A stretch of DNA of 57,028 nucleotides, filler included, from Platydemus manokwari (lineage: Eukaryota), in NCBI GenBank assembly GCA_037951405.1. It is 4 parts of 4 records of this genome, joined end to end, with 100 filler letters (N's around TTAATTAATTAA, not from the genome) between each part and the next. Parts side by side here need not be neighbours in the genome. Positions count along the whole stretch, not along the records: positions 1 to 20,588 come from JBBMOY011522522.1; positions 20,689 to 29,728 come from JBBMOY011309427.1; 2 more parts are not named here. One strand, 5' to 3'. Below the pieces are notes generated by a model, which was given only the letters and a program-made list of their open reading frames with translations, was not told the DNA's origin and ran no database searches. The position numbers and the translations under genes were made by a program. Positions 13,371-26,490 of this stretch are shown here, in pieces (position 1 is the first letter of the stretch; each line of letters begins with the position of its first letter).

Positions 13371-13517
13371 ATAGGTCGAAATAAAATCACCGCTACTATC
13401 ACAGAAGATACCCAATGTCAATAATAATAATATTATTATTCTGATTATTATTACTATTTAATTCAAATAATTGAAAGCTCAAAAGAAACATTTGCTAACA
13501 CAGGCTGTCTTGGATTT

Positions 13518-16500
13518 TCACTCATCATCAATTTTGCTTTCCAAGTGCAAAATCGATCTTTCCGCAGATTTCGTGACAAGATGGGAAACATTTTCCAAAT
13601 CCTTTTTGATGGAAAGAAATGATAATTAAAAATCACAGTTTTGATGGAAACGTCAAACTCACTTCTCCACTGTACGATACCAGTGGTGATATTTCGAAAA
13701 CCATTCCTTTGACTTTATCCCTGAGATTAGAATCATGGACATGTTCAAGGACGAGTTGATTGTGATATTGGAATATATCATCCCTTGCTGTTTCGGGACA
13801 ATCTGATCGACTACCGGGTGAATTTTTTATCGGCGAAAATTCGCGATTTCTTTCTACTTCCCAAATGGCAAACGTACTGAAATTGTAGGCAGAGATTATC
13901 ATCGATTGAGTGGTTTTCAACATTATTATTCAATATCAGAATATTTTCCAATTTTATTTTAGTTTATTTTGCTTTACTATTTAACTCCAATAATAATAAT
14001 TTCCTCTAAAAATTATTCAGTGTAATTACCAAGGTTACTGCACAATATCCATGACAACCAAACAATTACAAAATTATTTATGTCTAGGCCATTCAGAAAA
14101 TCAAGCAGTTTATGTAAAAACATTTAACGAAATTCGAATATTAATTTATTATTATTTGTTAAAATGGTAACAATAGTAATTTGGATTACATTTATCAAAT
14201 ATAAACATACTTGGCCAATGGAAATACATCGAAGACAAATCGTTCCATTTTGATACCATTCTCCTTCTCCGGTTTTTCAAATAATCCCGTTTTAAGATTG
14301 ATAAAAGGCACTTTTTTAATTGCAATATGTTGAACTATCAAATCAGTGATATCGATTTGACAAATTCGCTCGAGAAATTCAGTACTGAACAGATGCATAC
14401 AGATATTGCCACAACGATATTTCAATTTGTTTTCATCATTTTCATCGAGCATTGTTGCGGTTTCAGTTGAGATTTCACTGTATTCTACGACCTAGATAAT
14501 AGGAAAATGTTGTATGAATTGTGTGGAAATAGATGGAAAATTAGTTGGATGAATTATTTTGAAATAAATATTTCATATCAAGAGGAAAACGCTTTTATTT
14601 TTTTTACATCAACACTCTACTTAATACCTTCAAAAGTTAAAATTAGTTTTTGCGTGATATCTGATAGATTAAAATGTTTCTAAATAATAATGAAATGTTT
14701 GTTTTAATATTTGGGATAGACCGCATAATAATATCTATTCAAGGTGAAATACTAAACCGATGTTTTATTGATTACAAAAATAAATTAAAAATTATCAAAA
14801 AAACTAGAATATAGTTAAGTAATAAATTAAGAAATAATAATAATTCATAAAATATAGAAAATTCTTAAAGATTATTCTTAAATAATAAAATCAGGAAGAA
14901 ATATCAATATATAAGTTCCAGATATCTTTAATGAAGAATTAACGAAAATAATAATCTACTTGGAAATGTCCGTTGACTTTACCAACTATTCCAACTGCTT
15001 CCTTCGGTTGGATTTTCTCAACGACTTTTGCAGCACATTCAGCACCTTGTTCCACAGCGAATCCAAGAAATACTGGATCGGCTACTTTTACCAGTATGTT
15101 GTCAACACCATACACCATAGCATACTTAATATTGCGAGCCTTCATATCATCAATCAATTTGTAATTGTGTAAAGCTCTATACAAGCCACCATTTCCATCT
15201 AAAACGGAAAATCATCGAGTTTGGAAATCATCGACGTTATATTTTAGATTTATAATAAATTATATAATAAATTGCTTTTATCAACATTTTATAACAACTC
15301 GTGATAATAAATAATTAATAGGATTACAATTTTTCATTTTGATCTCGAAAACCATCTCTCTGATCTTTGTCGCACAGTGAAATTTTTTTCAAAATAAAAT
15401 AAACAAAATCCAAATATAAACATGTGGATATCAAATATTTATTCAACACTTTAGGCAGATCATTAACGATGTTGATATTTCGGGTTTGATAATTTTATAA
15501 ACATTTACAAAAAAATATATAGTTTCGAAATGTACTTCAATAATGATCGACAATTTAAAGTATCGAATAATATTTCAATATCAATAACAGTGTTCTTCAA
15601 AAATTATTGAAAAAAGAATAGATTTAATATTTCACTCTCTTTTAGAGTTTTACAGGATCTTAAAAAAAAATCATAACGGTTCAATATGAGAATTTCAGTA
15701 TTGGTTGAAAACAACAGCTGTCAATGAAATCATTAATCTACAGGCAAATAATCATGCTAGTAAAAGAGAAACATGATCAGAAGATTGATATTAAAATTTG
15801 AAATTGTTCTAATTATGATAGATTGTTTAAGAAGGAAATTAACGCTTACAATAAATAATTCGTATTTTAAAAACCAATCATAATCCGATTTCTAGACAAA
15901 TCAGAAAACATGAATTGAAAATAAAATTTATTGATTTTGACAATCCATTAATGAGGTAGTAGTATCTGCAATGAAAGATAAACTTGATTATTGATTCAAA
16001 TATATGCGTGTATGGATTAAAACGAGGTAATCCCCACTATTTGAAAATCAATCTTAAGCAATGAAAAAGTAATTATTTGTCAGATTAGAAAACGCAGGAG
16101 TGTTTTCATTGATTATATTACTTATTGTTTGGCATTAAAATACCAATTCAAATTGATCCTACACAATAAATTAGTAACACACAATGAAATAGTAAATCAT
16201 TTTTACTAATAAAAATTGATTCCTTGATTGAAAAAAGTCTAAGTTGACAGGAAAGTACAAATACAAACCAATTAAACACTCGAAACACTTCAAATTATCC
16301 GTTACATACTCTATATCATACTGATTTACGCTCAATCTCAATGAGTACAAATACGAGATTAGAAATATATAAAAAAAAACTTTTTCTAGATCAAGAACTA
16401 TATTTATATTTCATTTTGACGAGAAACCTTATTTTCAGTATAAATAAACCAGTGAATGTCAAGTGAATGTCACTGATATCATTTGTTATTTACGATTAAC

Positions 16501-19500
16501 AGATAAACAAAGTCCTATCAATGATAGGTCGAGTTTGAACTTTTACATAAATACCATTATTCTCCGACAAGATGACACAGATGGATCGACCTGATATCAA
16601 ATATAGAGAGAGTAGGTAGTAATAAGAAATAAACAAAAAATTCGAAAATTTTTTTTATCCAAATCGACGTGATAAATTCACTAACTGGTTTTGAAAAATC
16701 ATCAAATCATCACTATGTTATTACAATGTTAATATCAAAGCCATCAAATAATTCCGGTGTTAAGGCATTCATTAACCTTAAAATATAATACAATGCTGTA
16801 TTTATAGACTACTTATGTGCCGTGAGGTATATTTAAGGAGCAAGATAATGAAAATGAATGTGTATTTCATTCGATATTGGTATAGATAGATAATAAATCT
16901 ACAATGTTAACAAAACTATTGACGAGAATCGATTAAAATTTTACTGATGGCCATAAGTGAAAATGAGTATTGATGCGAAGTTATATCTATATATAAACAT
17001 TCAGAACTTTAAAATATATGATTAAGATGGTATAAGATAAATTCTAAAAATTACCAGGTGATTTCGACACTCTAAATTTCGATTCGAGAAGTATTTTTCC
17101 ATCGAAACCAACAACGGGTAAAGTACATTGTTCGAAAAATATAATCTGATCATGTTTGAGTCCGAAATAATCGTTTTTTCGGAAAAAATCCATAGTGTCA
17201 TCTCGAGTACAATCGGAAGTCATGACATACCTGAACAAAAATCAAATGGCGTAATATAACATATTTCTTATTCTAAAGAATGTGAAAATCTTTATTATAA
17301 TACTGTGAATTTATGTCCGCAATTAAATATCATTGCAGAAAATAACGATCAAAAATTTTAGTTACAAATCTACATCAACATCATCAATATTTAATGCATC
17401 CAATGATTGCATCGTGTGTGCGATGATATTACACATGCGATTCATTATTTATAATACAGAAAAAATTGACTTGACACCATATTCAATAATATTCTGCAAC
17501 GGCTATAAATGACAGATATGGTCACTAATTTGGTTCTTTAAGATTTGATTATTATTTGTTCACATTATTATTGATTATTATTTTATCATAAGATTGATCA
17601 TATTTTTATGTAATATAAGATGAATAAAATTATTACTAAAAATATCAGCAAATGACGGAATCAAAATAGAAATTAAAATCAAGATATTTCGCTTTTTAGT
17701 TAATTAAAATTGGAGATTTATTTTTCAAGATCATTCCAATTGTTTTGCTCTACAGATTATGCTTGGCAATCTTTGGTCACAAATTGGAGTAGGATTTGCT
17801 TTCCAATAAAACAAACCAATATATTTTTTTTCACCGAAAAATACTATTACTGTCAGTTAGACTGATTTCTGGCAAAATCTACTGGTAAAGTGGTTTTGTT
17901 AAGCATAATTATCACAATGGCACTATATCAAATATCAATAAATAATCGGATTTTTTTGAAAACTTGGAACGAATATTATTATTTTGTTTGATGAGTTAAA
18001 TCGGAGAAAAATAGTTATATATATATATATATAATCATTATTTTATAAATCTGAAAATGATATTAATAGGAATGATAACATAAAATATATGAAAACTGTT
18101 CTAAAATTAATAAGAAATAATGATAAATAATCTGAAATAAAAAGGAATATTTCTAAAAAAATGATATGAAACACCATAAAACAATCATTGAGTTCAACAC
18201 ATCAACTACACACACACATGCGCACACACACATATCGTATATTTCATTGATCATATTCAATGCTGCCATCTGCCAAATAAATCAAATAAATCCAAATATA
18301 GCCAAATTGATAACAGTTGACTCATCAAGTGGTCAATGGGTTTGAAACATGTAATGGCTACTCGAAATGATGTCATTGGATAGATGTTCGAGAAGGGTAA
18401 TTAATGAAGACAAATGCAATCAGTTCAAAATTATATATCAATCAAGTAATAATCAATGGGTTCATACTATTATGAATTTATGATTAATAATAATTTTATC
18501 GATATTGAATATAATAATAATTATTATAATATTTACCACATGATCGGTGCCGTTTTACCAAAACGCCTGAGAGCCAGATATTGCAATCTCAATAACCGTT
18601 CAGCCTGTAATTGAAAGAGAGATTTATCTGATGGCAAACCGACCTTATACATTCCTTTAGGGTATTTGAAACCCAATCTGGTGCCTGCCCCACCTGACAT
18701 TAGAATCGTGCAATACTGACCGTTGGACACATATTCCAAACCTTAATTGAAACAATTGAAAATATTTACGTTATCAATAAAAAAATCGTAATAATAATAA
18801 TAATAGCCACATAAATATTATTAATGAAAACAATAATATTAATAAAAATATTATTAATAATAAATCTCTCTTTTGCTATCGAAAAATTATCACAAAATAA
18901 ACAAAAAAAATCAATAAAATTACAAAAAATCAATAAAATTAAAATAAAATCGAAAATCAATAAAATTGAAAAATCAATAAATTATAATAAAGATCAATAA
19001 AATTATAAAAATAAATGTCTACCAATATCATTATATTTATCCAATTGTTCCCGGCTACAATCAGTCCAACTGCCACACTGTTCAGGAGATGGTGGCTCTA
19101 ATTCATTATCAACCATTTTCTTCCTGGTCATTACAGATTTCTGTTTAACATATAATCCACATCATTACATAATAATACAAACAACAATATTGATACAAAT
19201 TATGAAAACAAAACCCCACAAACACTGAACTAAAAATAACGTTTCCAACCTCTAAAATTATATTCTACTATAAATATCCAAACGCTAATTTCGACTTTAA
19301 TCATTATAATTAAATAATAATAAATATTCGTTAAGATTACAAATGGCTTAAGAGCAAAGATCGAGGGAACTTTTAATGAGCAAATCAGCTGTTTTAAACC
19401 ATAAAAAGTATAGACGATTTTCGAATTTATGTTTATTGAGCTTATTGTGGGTATTGTATATCAAAATATCATAGGGACCAACTTATTATAATTATCCTCA

Positions 19501-20187
19501 CATTCATATATTACCTCGTTTAAAATATTTAAAATATGACGGAATAATTATATATAACTGATTATATATAATTAATTATATATAATTAATTATATATAAT
19601 TAATTATATTTAATTAATTATAAATAATTATAAATAAGTAAATATATAAACATAAACAAGTATTTTTTTCCACTTTATAATAATCAAAGATGGCATTTGG
19701 GTTTATTAAGAATAATTTATAACTATTGTCATCAACTATAAGATTAAAGATTGGAAATTTTAGAATATAAATTTTCGATCATTTTGTTTTAAACAAATAA
19801 TTAATAAAAACAAAATAAAATTGAACAGCAAAGTTAAAAAAGTTAAAAGCATGCATAATAATTAGTAACATGCTACAAATATAAGTATGGCTATTTTCTA
19901 ATTTACTAACCTCTTCTGCTTTCTAAAAGAAATATAAACGTTAGTAATAATATTAATATTTTTTTTATCAACTCATATCGATATAAATTGTTTGAAAATT
20001 ATTTTCAAATGTTATGATTGATTACCGTAAGATCATTGAAATATCGGAGAAAATCAATTTCCTCAATGTCTTTCTTCAGAAGTTCTCTTTCCGATTCATT
20101 TAATTCATCCCAAAAGGTTAACAAATGTTGTTGACCGAATTTTTCTAAATGTTGTTGAAGTTCTTGTAATTCGTTGGTAATCGTCAT
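13518..20187 (-). CDS. UAP1: UDP-N-acetylglucosamine pyrophosphorylase, ~496 aa, 9 exons including a 12-nt microexon
   Basis: Exons 20187-20026, 19922-19911 (microexon), 19140-19023, 18741-18537, 17230-17055, 15198-14960, 14491-14211, 13876-13663, 13601-13518; all GT-AG and in phase. Motifs FGQQHLLTFW, GGAGTRLG..PKG, KSLFQLQAER, WYVMTS, FFEQ, SPDGNGG, VDNILVKVADP, VVEYSEI, GNICMH, GIKMERFVFDVF, EFSPIKN, EISPLVSYSGE. Confidence 0.96.
19561..19610. repeat. Tandem array of the palindromic 14-mer AATTATATATAATT (~3.5 copies) in a UAP1 intron
   Basis: Perfect units at 19574-19587 and 19588-19601, with partial units on both sides. Confidence 0.85.
19850..19946 (-). promoter_or_regulatory. Splicing-regulatory elements around the UAP1 microexon
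   Basis: On the transcript strand: branch point TACTAAC (19946-19940), pyrimidine tract plus AG, donor GTTAGT, then GCATG (19873-19869), ACTAAT (19866-19861) and TGCATG (19855-19850). Confidence 0.7.
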
Positions 20188-20588
20188 TGTTTTCAGAATA
20201 TCACTATAATATAATAATTACGTAGATAATTGATAATTTATAAATATCATTTTTAGTTAATTTCATTTCAAGAATTTATAAATTTAATTAAAAGTATTAT
20301 TTCAATGAAATACTTATTCGAGACAGAGATTGTAATAACAATAGCAACAAATTAACGAGATGTTGCACTAAAATAAATTTGTAAATATAATACAAATAAA
20401 ATAAAATTCTTAATAGTATAGTAATTACTGTAACTAACCGTTGTAATTTAAAGTGAATTTTAAAAAATTTGAAAGAGATTATATATCCAATTGATTTGAA
20501 ATAATGAAATTGATTTATTTAAACTACACATGACAAGTAAATTAATTTTACTAGTACTAGGCAAGTAAACAAATCGATTTGCTGAATT

Positions 20589-20688
20589 NNNNNNNNNNNN
20601 NNNNNNNNNNNNNNNNNNNNNNNNNNNNNNNNTTAATTAATTAANNNNNNNNNNNNNNNNNNNNNNNNNNNNNNNNNNNNNNNNNNNN
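20589..20688. other. Artificial contig-join spacer
   Basis: 44 N + TTAATTAATTAA (stops in all six frames) + 44 N; identical to the other two spacers. Confidence 0.97.
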
Positions 20689-21753
20689 CATTCTTTCCCA
20701 CACATTCTTTGATAATTATAAAATTATTTTTATCAATAAAAATATTAATGTCTGAATTTTTGTTTTACCAATATTTAAATTTAACTTTGTACATTAAATT
20801 AAATTCTAACTTATAATTATTTCCTACGACTAAAGTTATTTATAAATAACGTTTTCGCACTTATTTGATTAGTAAACTTATAAGAATCTTGTAATGCAAC
20901 ACAATAAACACTAAGTCTTATTGTTCATATTAAATTGAATAGACCTTTAATAATTATTTATTGGAACTACATCTTCGTTTTTAAATTAGAAGTCAATCAC
21001 TTCAAGACTTTATTCAATATATAATTTATTCCATTATTTATTCAAAAATTACACTGACAGGTATTGAAATTTTCCTATTCTAATATAGATTTACCTTTAG
21101 TTATTTAATTTCCACCGAACATCTCTTTAGATTTTAAAAGCATAATTGTTAATATATTATCTGAATCATCATTATTATTTTTAATAATAAACAGTTTTTA
21201 TATCAATTATCTGGAGAAATGCAAAAAACAATATTACTTACAATACACACTAGATTAATCTTAAATTAATCCTTTATACAAGTCATATGTTCAAAGCATA
21301 ATGAATTGGAGGTACTTATACAGGCAGAGAATTATTCCTAATTAGTTTTTTTGTTAATTTTACTTTTAATTTGCTTATATTGAAACTGTTACTATTGTCA
21401 TTACAAAGTAAATCATTTAACAACTGTGCTTCATAACATTTCGAGTTTGTTTTAGTGATAATTTTTAAAAACTTTTATTTTCAAATAAGTCACATATTTT
21501 AAGCAATTGTTTTAAGTAAATATTTTTAAATTAACATTAGAAAATATTACAATTTTAATCAATAAATAATTATAATCTTAATTATTATTTAGTAATTATA
21601 ATTATTATTGAAATATTAATTATAATTATATTTAAAAAATACCATTTCTATTAAACTGTTTTATTATTTTTTATTTTCTGTTTACTATTCACTACGATAG
21701 GATGATGAAATGTTTATATTAACATTCATATGAACATTTTTTTCATTGTTAAA

Positions 21754-22448
21754 TTGATATTTTATCTTACCTTGATATGTTATCATCTGGATTTGGCTCT
21801 ATCAACATGTCCAATCAATTACAAACAATGTCGATCAATATGTGTTTATCAAGTGACAAATGTTTATCAAACATCCAATAAATCATTAGATTTAGATACG
21901 AAAATAGAATTGATATATAACTGTGTATCAAGAAAGAAATTATTTTTGCAGGTATCACAGACCTATTGATTGAAAGATATACAAATAAAACAAAATTGTG
22001 AAATATCGATGCATCTTTAAATATTGATACAAAATTATGGACAGAACGGAACCGAATAATGTTTATGGTTGAGAAGATTGTTCAGTGTAAACTTCAAACG
22101 GCTCAAATGATTATCCGTGAAATAGTATGCAATCAACATTATGTGTAAGTGACAATGCTCTAAAAGCTGATTCAAAACATTTTAAAACTGACGAATTAAA
22201 CATCTACAACGAAGCTGAAGAAACAGATTGTTACAATTTTGTTACTTCGAAAGGTAATATGCTTTATTGAATTCGATAATGAATTGATATTTGATTTCAG
22301 ATGTGTTGGAAAGTAAAAATGCAAATCGTTATTATGCAATTATGATAGCAAAGCTTGTGTATTGGTGATGTATACAAGCAGTACTCTACCTGCAAGCCGG
22401 AAGCTATTAAATCAATATTGGCAAGGATATCAATCGAGAAAACCATAA
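21754..22448 (+). pseudogene. Unprocessed pseudogene of the C-type lectin/PAN-like gene at 25148
   Basis: Colinear with 25148-25896. The start ATG is now TTG, 30 nt are deleted (CKTCYSVGGR), there is a 1-nt frameshift near 21945 and at least five in-frame stops. The intron acceptor and the terminal KP* are retained. Confidence 0.92.
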
Positions 22449-22809
22449 AAGAATATTAAAATCGATTTCATTTTCTAATTACACTCATGATATTCACGTG
22501 ATACTTTATTAATTCATCATGTCATTTAGTATAAATACATTGAAGTTGTTAATTAGGATATAAGTAATAAAATATCAAATATAAATAGTGATAACATTAA
22601 ATATATACTGTAAGTAGATATTTCTGTAATTGATCGGAACAACGCGAATACTTGACTATTTGAAATTAAAATAAAAACTGAACTAAATAAAATTAATAAA
22701 TTAAATGATATTGGAAACGTTAATCAAGCGATTATTTTTTACTTATTTACAGTAACTGTTTATTTACAGTATCATCAGTCAAGCGAATTGAGTTATTATA
22801 ATCTAATAG

Positions 22810-23390
22810 AAATGATTGTTAGAACGTCAATCAACTCTTTATTTTTACTATTATCTTTGCACATCAAATTTTAATGGATTTCCAAAACAATGGTCATTGC
22901 TAACTAAAACGTCCACTATCAAAAGCAAGTTAATGAAAGCTAATTGGTGATCAAATATCAAAACTGTTTTAAATAACAATGATAAATATATAACTTATTC
23001 GGTTGAATAAAATTATTATCATCAATTTGTAATTGCTAGAAACGTCAATTTGGTTTTATTTCTATTTTAATTTGATCGATAGCAACTTTGGTTTGAATTA
23101 CGAGCCAATTAATTAAAGTTTTCATTTCAGTTATCAAGGGTAGGCTGTGTTGCAAAAATTTTTATCATCAAACGACTGAATTTAATATAATCGTCTAATA
23201 TAATCCATTAGAAATGATTATAAAAAGTCAATCATTTCTGGTTTTATTTTACCTACATCAAATTGTATTGGATTCCTGAAACAGTGGTCATTGTTAACTT
23301 AAATAATTTCTCTGGTGAAAGAAAATAAATGATCAAATATCAAATGCTTTCAAAATAAGTTCGATTTTTGAAAGATTTTTAAAATCGAAT
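22810..23390. repeat. Degenerate ~200-bp tandem repeat (about 3 units) downstream of the lectin pseudogene
   Basis: Recurring GTCAAT anchors near 22826, 23044 and 23227; units 1 and 3 also share ATCAAATT..TGGATT..ACA(A/G)TGGTCATTG.TAACT and TGATCAAATATCAAA. Confidence 0.6.
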
Positions 23391-23399
23391 AACTACTTT

Positions 23400-23840
23400 T
23401 CACAATTTTTTCCACCTTGATTGTGACGTAAGAATTTTGCTGAATTTTGCTTTTAGATTTTGAATAAGCAGCACTAAGCCTACTAGATTGCTGAATGTTT
23501 TCATTATAAACGACAGATACTTTGTTTTTGTCATAAATTGCCCATGGAGTTCAAAATTCATGTCAATCTGTTCCAGAAGACCAAACTCTTCAGTTGAAAT
23601 CATAATTTCTGTAGTTTGTCTATTGTATACCGTCCATTCAGCATAAATATTACAATTCCATACCTTGTGTTTGATGCTTCGTGACATATTTGGCCAGAAG
23701 TAAATATTTTGAATGTAATCGACCGATTTCTTATTACCGATATTGCACAAATCCTCATGAAGGTATCCCGATAGTTTCTGTGATTTAAACTCTACCACAA
23801 AAATTTGCTTATTTCTATTCTCATGTTGAACTTTGTTCAT
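23400..23840 (-). mobile_element. Decayed Ty3/Gypsy integrase (zinc-binding region and start of core)
   Basis: ORF contains LHEDLCNIG..IQNIYFWPNMSRSIKHKVWNCNIY..LEQIDMNF, the H..H-G / YFWPxM / CxxC pattern with two zinc ligands lost. Confidence 0.8.
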
Positions 23841-25147
23841 GGATGTTAATATTCATCTTGAAAATATGAAATATATTTTTCAGGCACGAATTCTACGTTT
23901 ATAGAGTTTATATTGGATAAAAATAAAACTTTGGATGACGAACTTTGGATAGATTAAATAAAAGATTTTATAGGAGATAAAACATTTCAATTTAAAAATG
24001 AAAACCTGATGAAAATATTATTAGAGATTATTTTTTTAAAATCAATATTATATAATATTATCAAAGATTAAACCTATTTTAAAAGAATTAAAGGAGTAAA
24101 CAGAAACAATGATATTTGTGGAGAAGATTTTAAATAGTTTCTTTTTAATTATGTGACAACATATTATATTAATTAAGGTTCAACATGAGACATTCATAAA
24201 ATATATTATATTGAATACAAAACATGCAATTCCACCCATTTCATTAAAAAAGAAATATTGGAATAAATCATAAACATAAAAGACCTTGGAATATATAAAT
24301 TTTTTAAATATAATACAAATTTGGTTGTAGTGACAAAGAGAATTTTATGGCATAGACCTCAGAGCAAAAATAGTTTTTGAGAGAGTCTCTGAAAAAAAAT
24401 CCCTTTGTTCCTACTCTGATCAATGTAAACTATAGACCACATAAAACCAACAATAATATAAGCATTAACTGTTTTCGTTAAATCAATAATACTTTTTCAA
24501 TATGTTTGGATATTGTTCCTATTTGAAATAAGATTTTCAAAGATATTATTCATTTTTTTTGTCTAATTGTTTACCATATTGATCACAAAAAATATTTCTT
24601 CATCATTTCTACAAGTTTTTCCATTTTATCTTCTATGATTTTCAAATATTTAACTTTAACATCGATTATGTTATATTCATTTTTTATAATCTTTCATCAT
24701 GGCACTTATTGATTTACATATGGAATCGAGTTTATCAATACGTTATTTACTATTTTAAATTAAGTCGGGTTTTAGCGAAGTATAATCTCTGAACCTATTT
24801 TCAAAATACATTTTAATTTATCACTAAAATGTACTCAAAAAGTTATGAAGTACATAAATTTTCCAATAGCTACAGTTACGTTCCATTATATAAATAAAAC
24901 TGCAATTAATCAAGAGAAATGATTATAAATATTTATTATTATTATTATTATTATCAATAATATATTTATCGGGAGATAACTTTCACATCAAAAATAAATT
25001 AATGTTTGTAACTAAACTAATTCAAATTTCTTAACATTTATTTGTTACACTAAAGACAATATTATTGCTCCACTATTCATTATCGATTATTATTGGATGA
25101 TAATTTGTTTATGTTGACTTTGAAAAGAATATTACTTCATTCCTAAA

Positions 25148-25896
25148 ATGAGATTTTTTCTTATCTTAATATCTTGTTATATGCATTTTGCTCATTCAAC
25201 ATGTCCAATAAATTACCAACAATGTGGATCAATGTGTGTCTATCAATCGACGAAAATATATCAAACATTCTGTGAATCATGTAAAACATGTTATTCTGTT
25301 GGTGGAAGATTAGCTTTGGATACGGAAATAGAATTAATATGGAACTGTTTGTCAAAGAAAATATTATTCTTTGCTGGTATGGCAGATTTATTGATTGAAA
25401 GATTTAAGAATAAAACAAAATGGTTGAATATTGATGGATCCTTGATGAATAATACTAAATTATGGGATACATTTGAACCAAATAGTGGGTTCAATGGTGA
25501 AGATTGTTCAGTGTATACAACAACCGGCTTTAATGATTACCCGTGTAATAGTAAGATGTCCGTAGTTTGCGTAAAAGATAATGCTATGATGTCTGATTCA
25601 ATTCATTTTAAAAGAAACTATTCTTATATCTATAACAATGACGAAGAAACTGGTTGTTATAAAATGGTTAATCCAAAAAGCAAACTACATTGTGCTTCAT
25701 TGTAAAATATTTTATTAAATTTGATAATGTGTTGATATTTGTTTGCAGATGTGTTCGTGAAAATCAATGCAAATCATTCTTCTATGATAATACTAATGGC
25801 TCATGTGTATTAGTGATGTATACAAGCAGTACTCTGAATGCAAGTTGGAAGAAATCAAATCAAAATTGGCAAGGATATCATTTTGTGAAACCATAA
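25148..25896 (+). CDS. Secreted C-type lectin domain protein with C-terminal PAN/apple-like domain, ~233 aa, 2 exons
   Basis: Exons 25148-25701 and 25749-25896 with a 47-nt GT-AG intron in phase. Signal peptide MRFFLILISCYMHFAHS, CTLD motifs CP..Y..C..CVY, C..GGRLA, W..IDGS, WDTFEPN, EDC, FNDYPC..VVC, then HCASLC...CKSFFYD....CVL. Confidence 0.9.
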
Positions 25897-26004
25897 AAGA
25901 ATTTTGAGGAACTATTTTATTTACTAGTTCAATTCATGATAATCAGAAATTAGGTGAAATTTCCATTTCAGTTATTTAACGTAAATTGCTTTGTTGTATC
26001 TGGA

Positions 26005-26490
26005 ATGGTGATAAAAATGTCAATTAACTCTATATCTGTTGTTGTTTTGTTCATCCCAATTGAAATGGATTTCTAAACAATGCACATTGTTAATTAAAAC
26101 ATTCACTACACGAAATCAAATTAGTGACCAAATATCAAATGTATTGTAAATGCTATTTAACGATTTATGTAGTTGAACATGTTTAACATCATCTATTTGG
26201 AATTATAAAAATGTCAATCAAGCAGTTTTTTTAATTTTTATTCTATTCATTTCAAATTTTATTTGACTTTCGTTACAATGACCATTTCTCTCTTGAAAGT
26301 CATTTTGTTTAAAATTTTCTTTTTGGTAATCCATTGTCAACTGTGTTGCAAACAAGTTTGATAATTAAATTATTTTTAAAGTTGAACTATAACAATATAA
26401 TCTATTTGGAACGTCACGTAACTCTTTTTTATTGGATTTAAATTTTTATGAATTTCAGGAACTATTCTAAATGTTAACTAAAATAATAAA
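26005..26490. repeat. Second copy of the degenerate ~200-bp tandem repeat, downstream of the intact lectin
   Basis: GTCA anchors near 26019, 26213 and 26413; alignable by eye to 22810-23390 (e.g. AATGGATTTC.AAACAATG..CATTG.TAA.TAAAAC). Confidence 0.6.
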
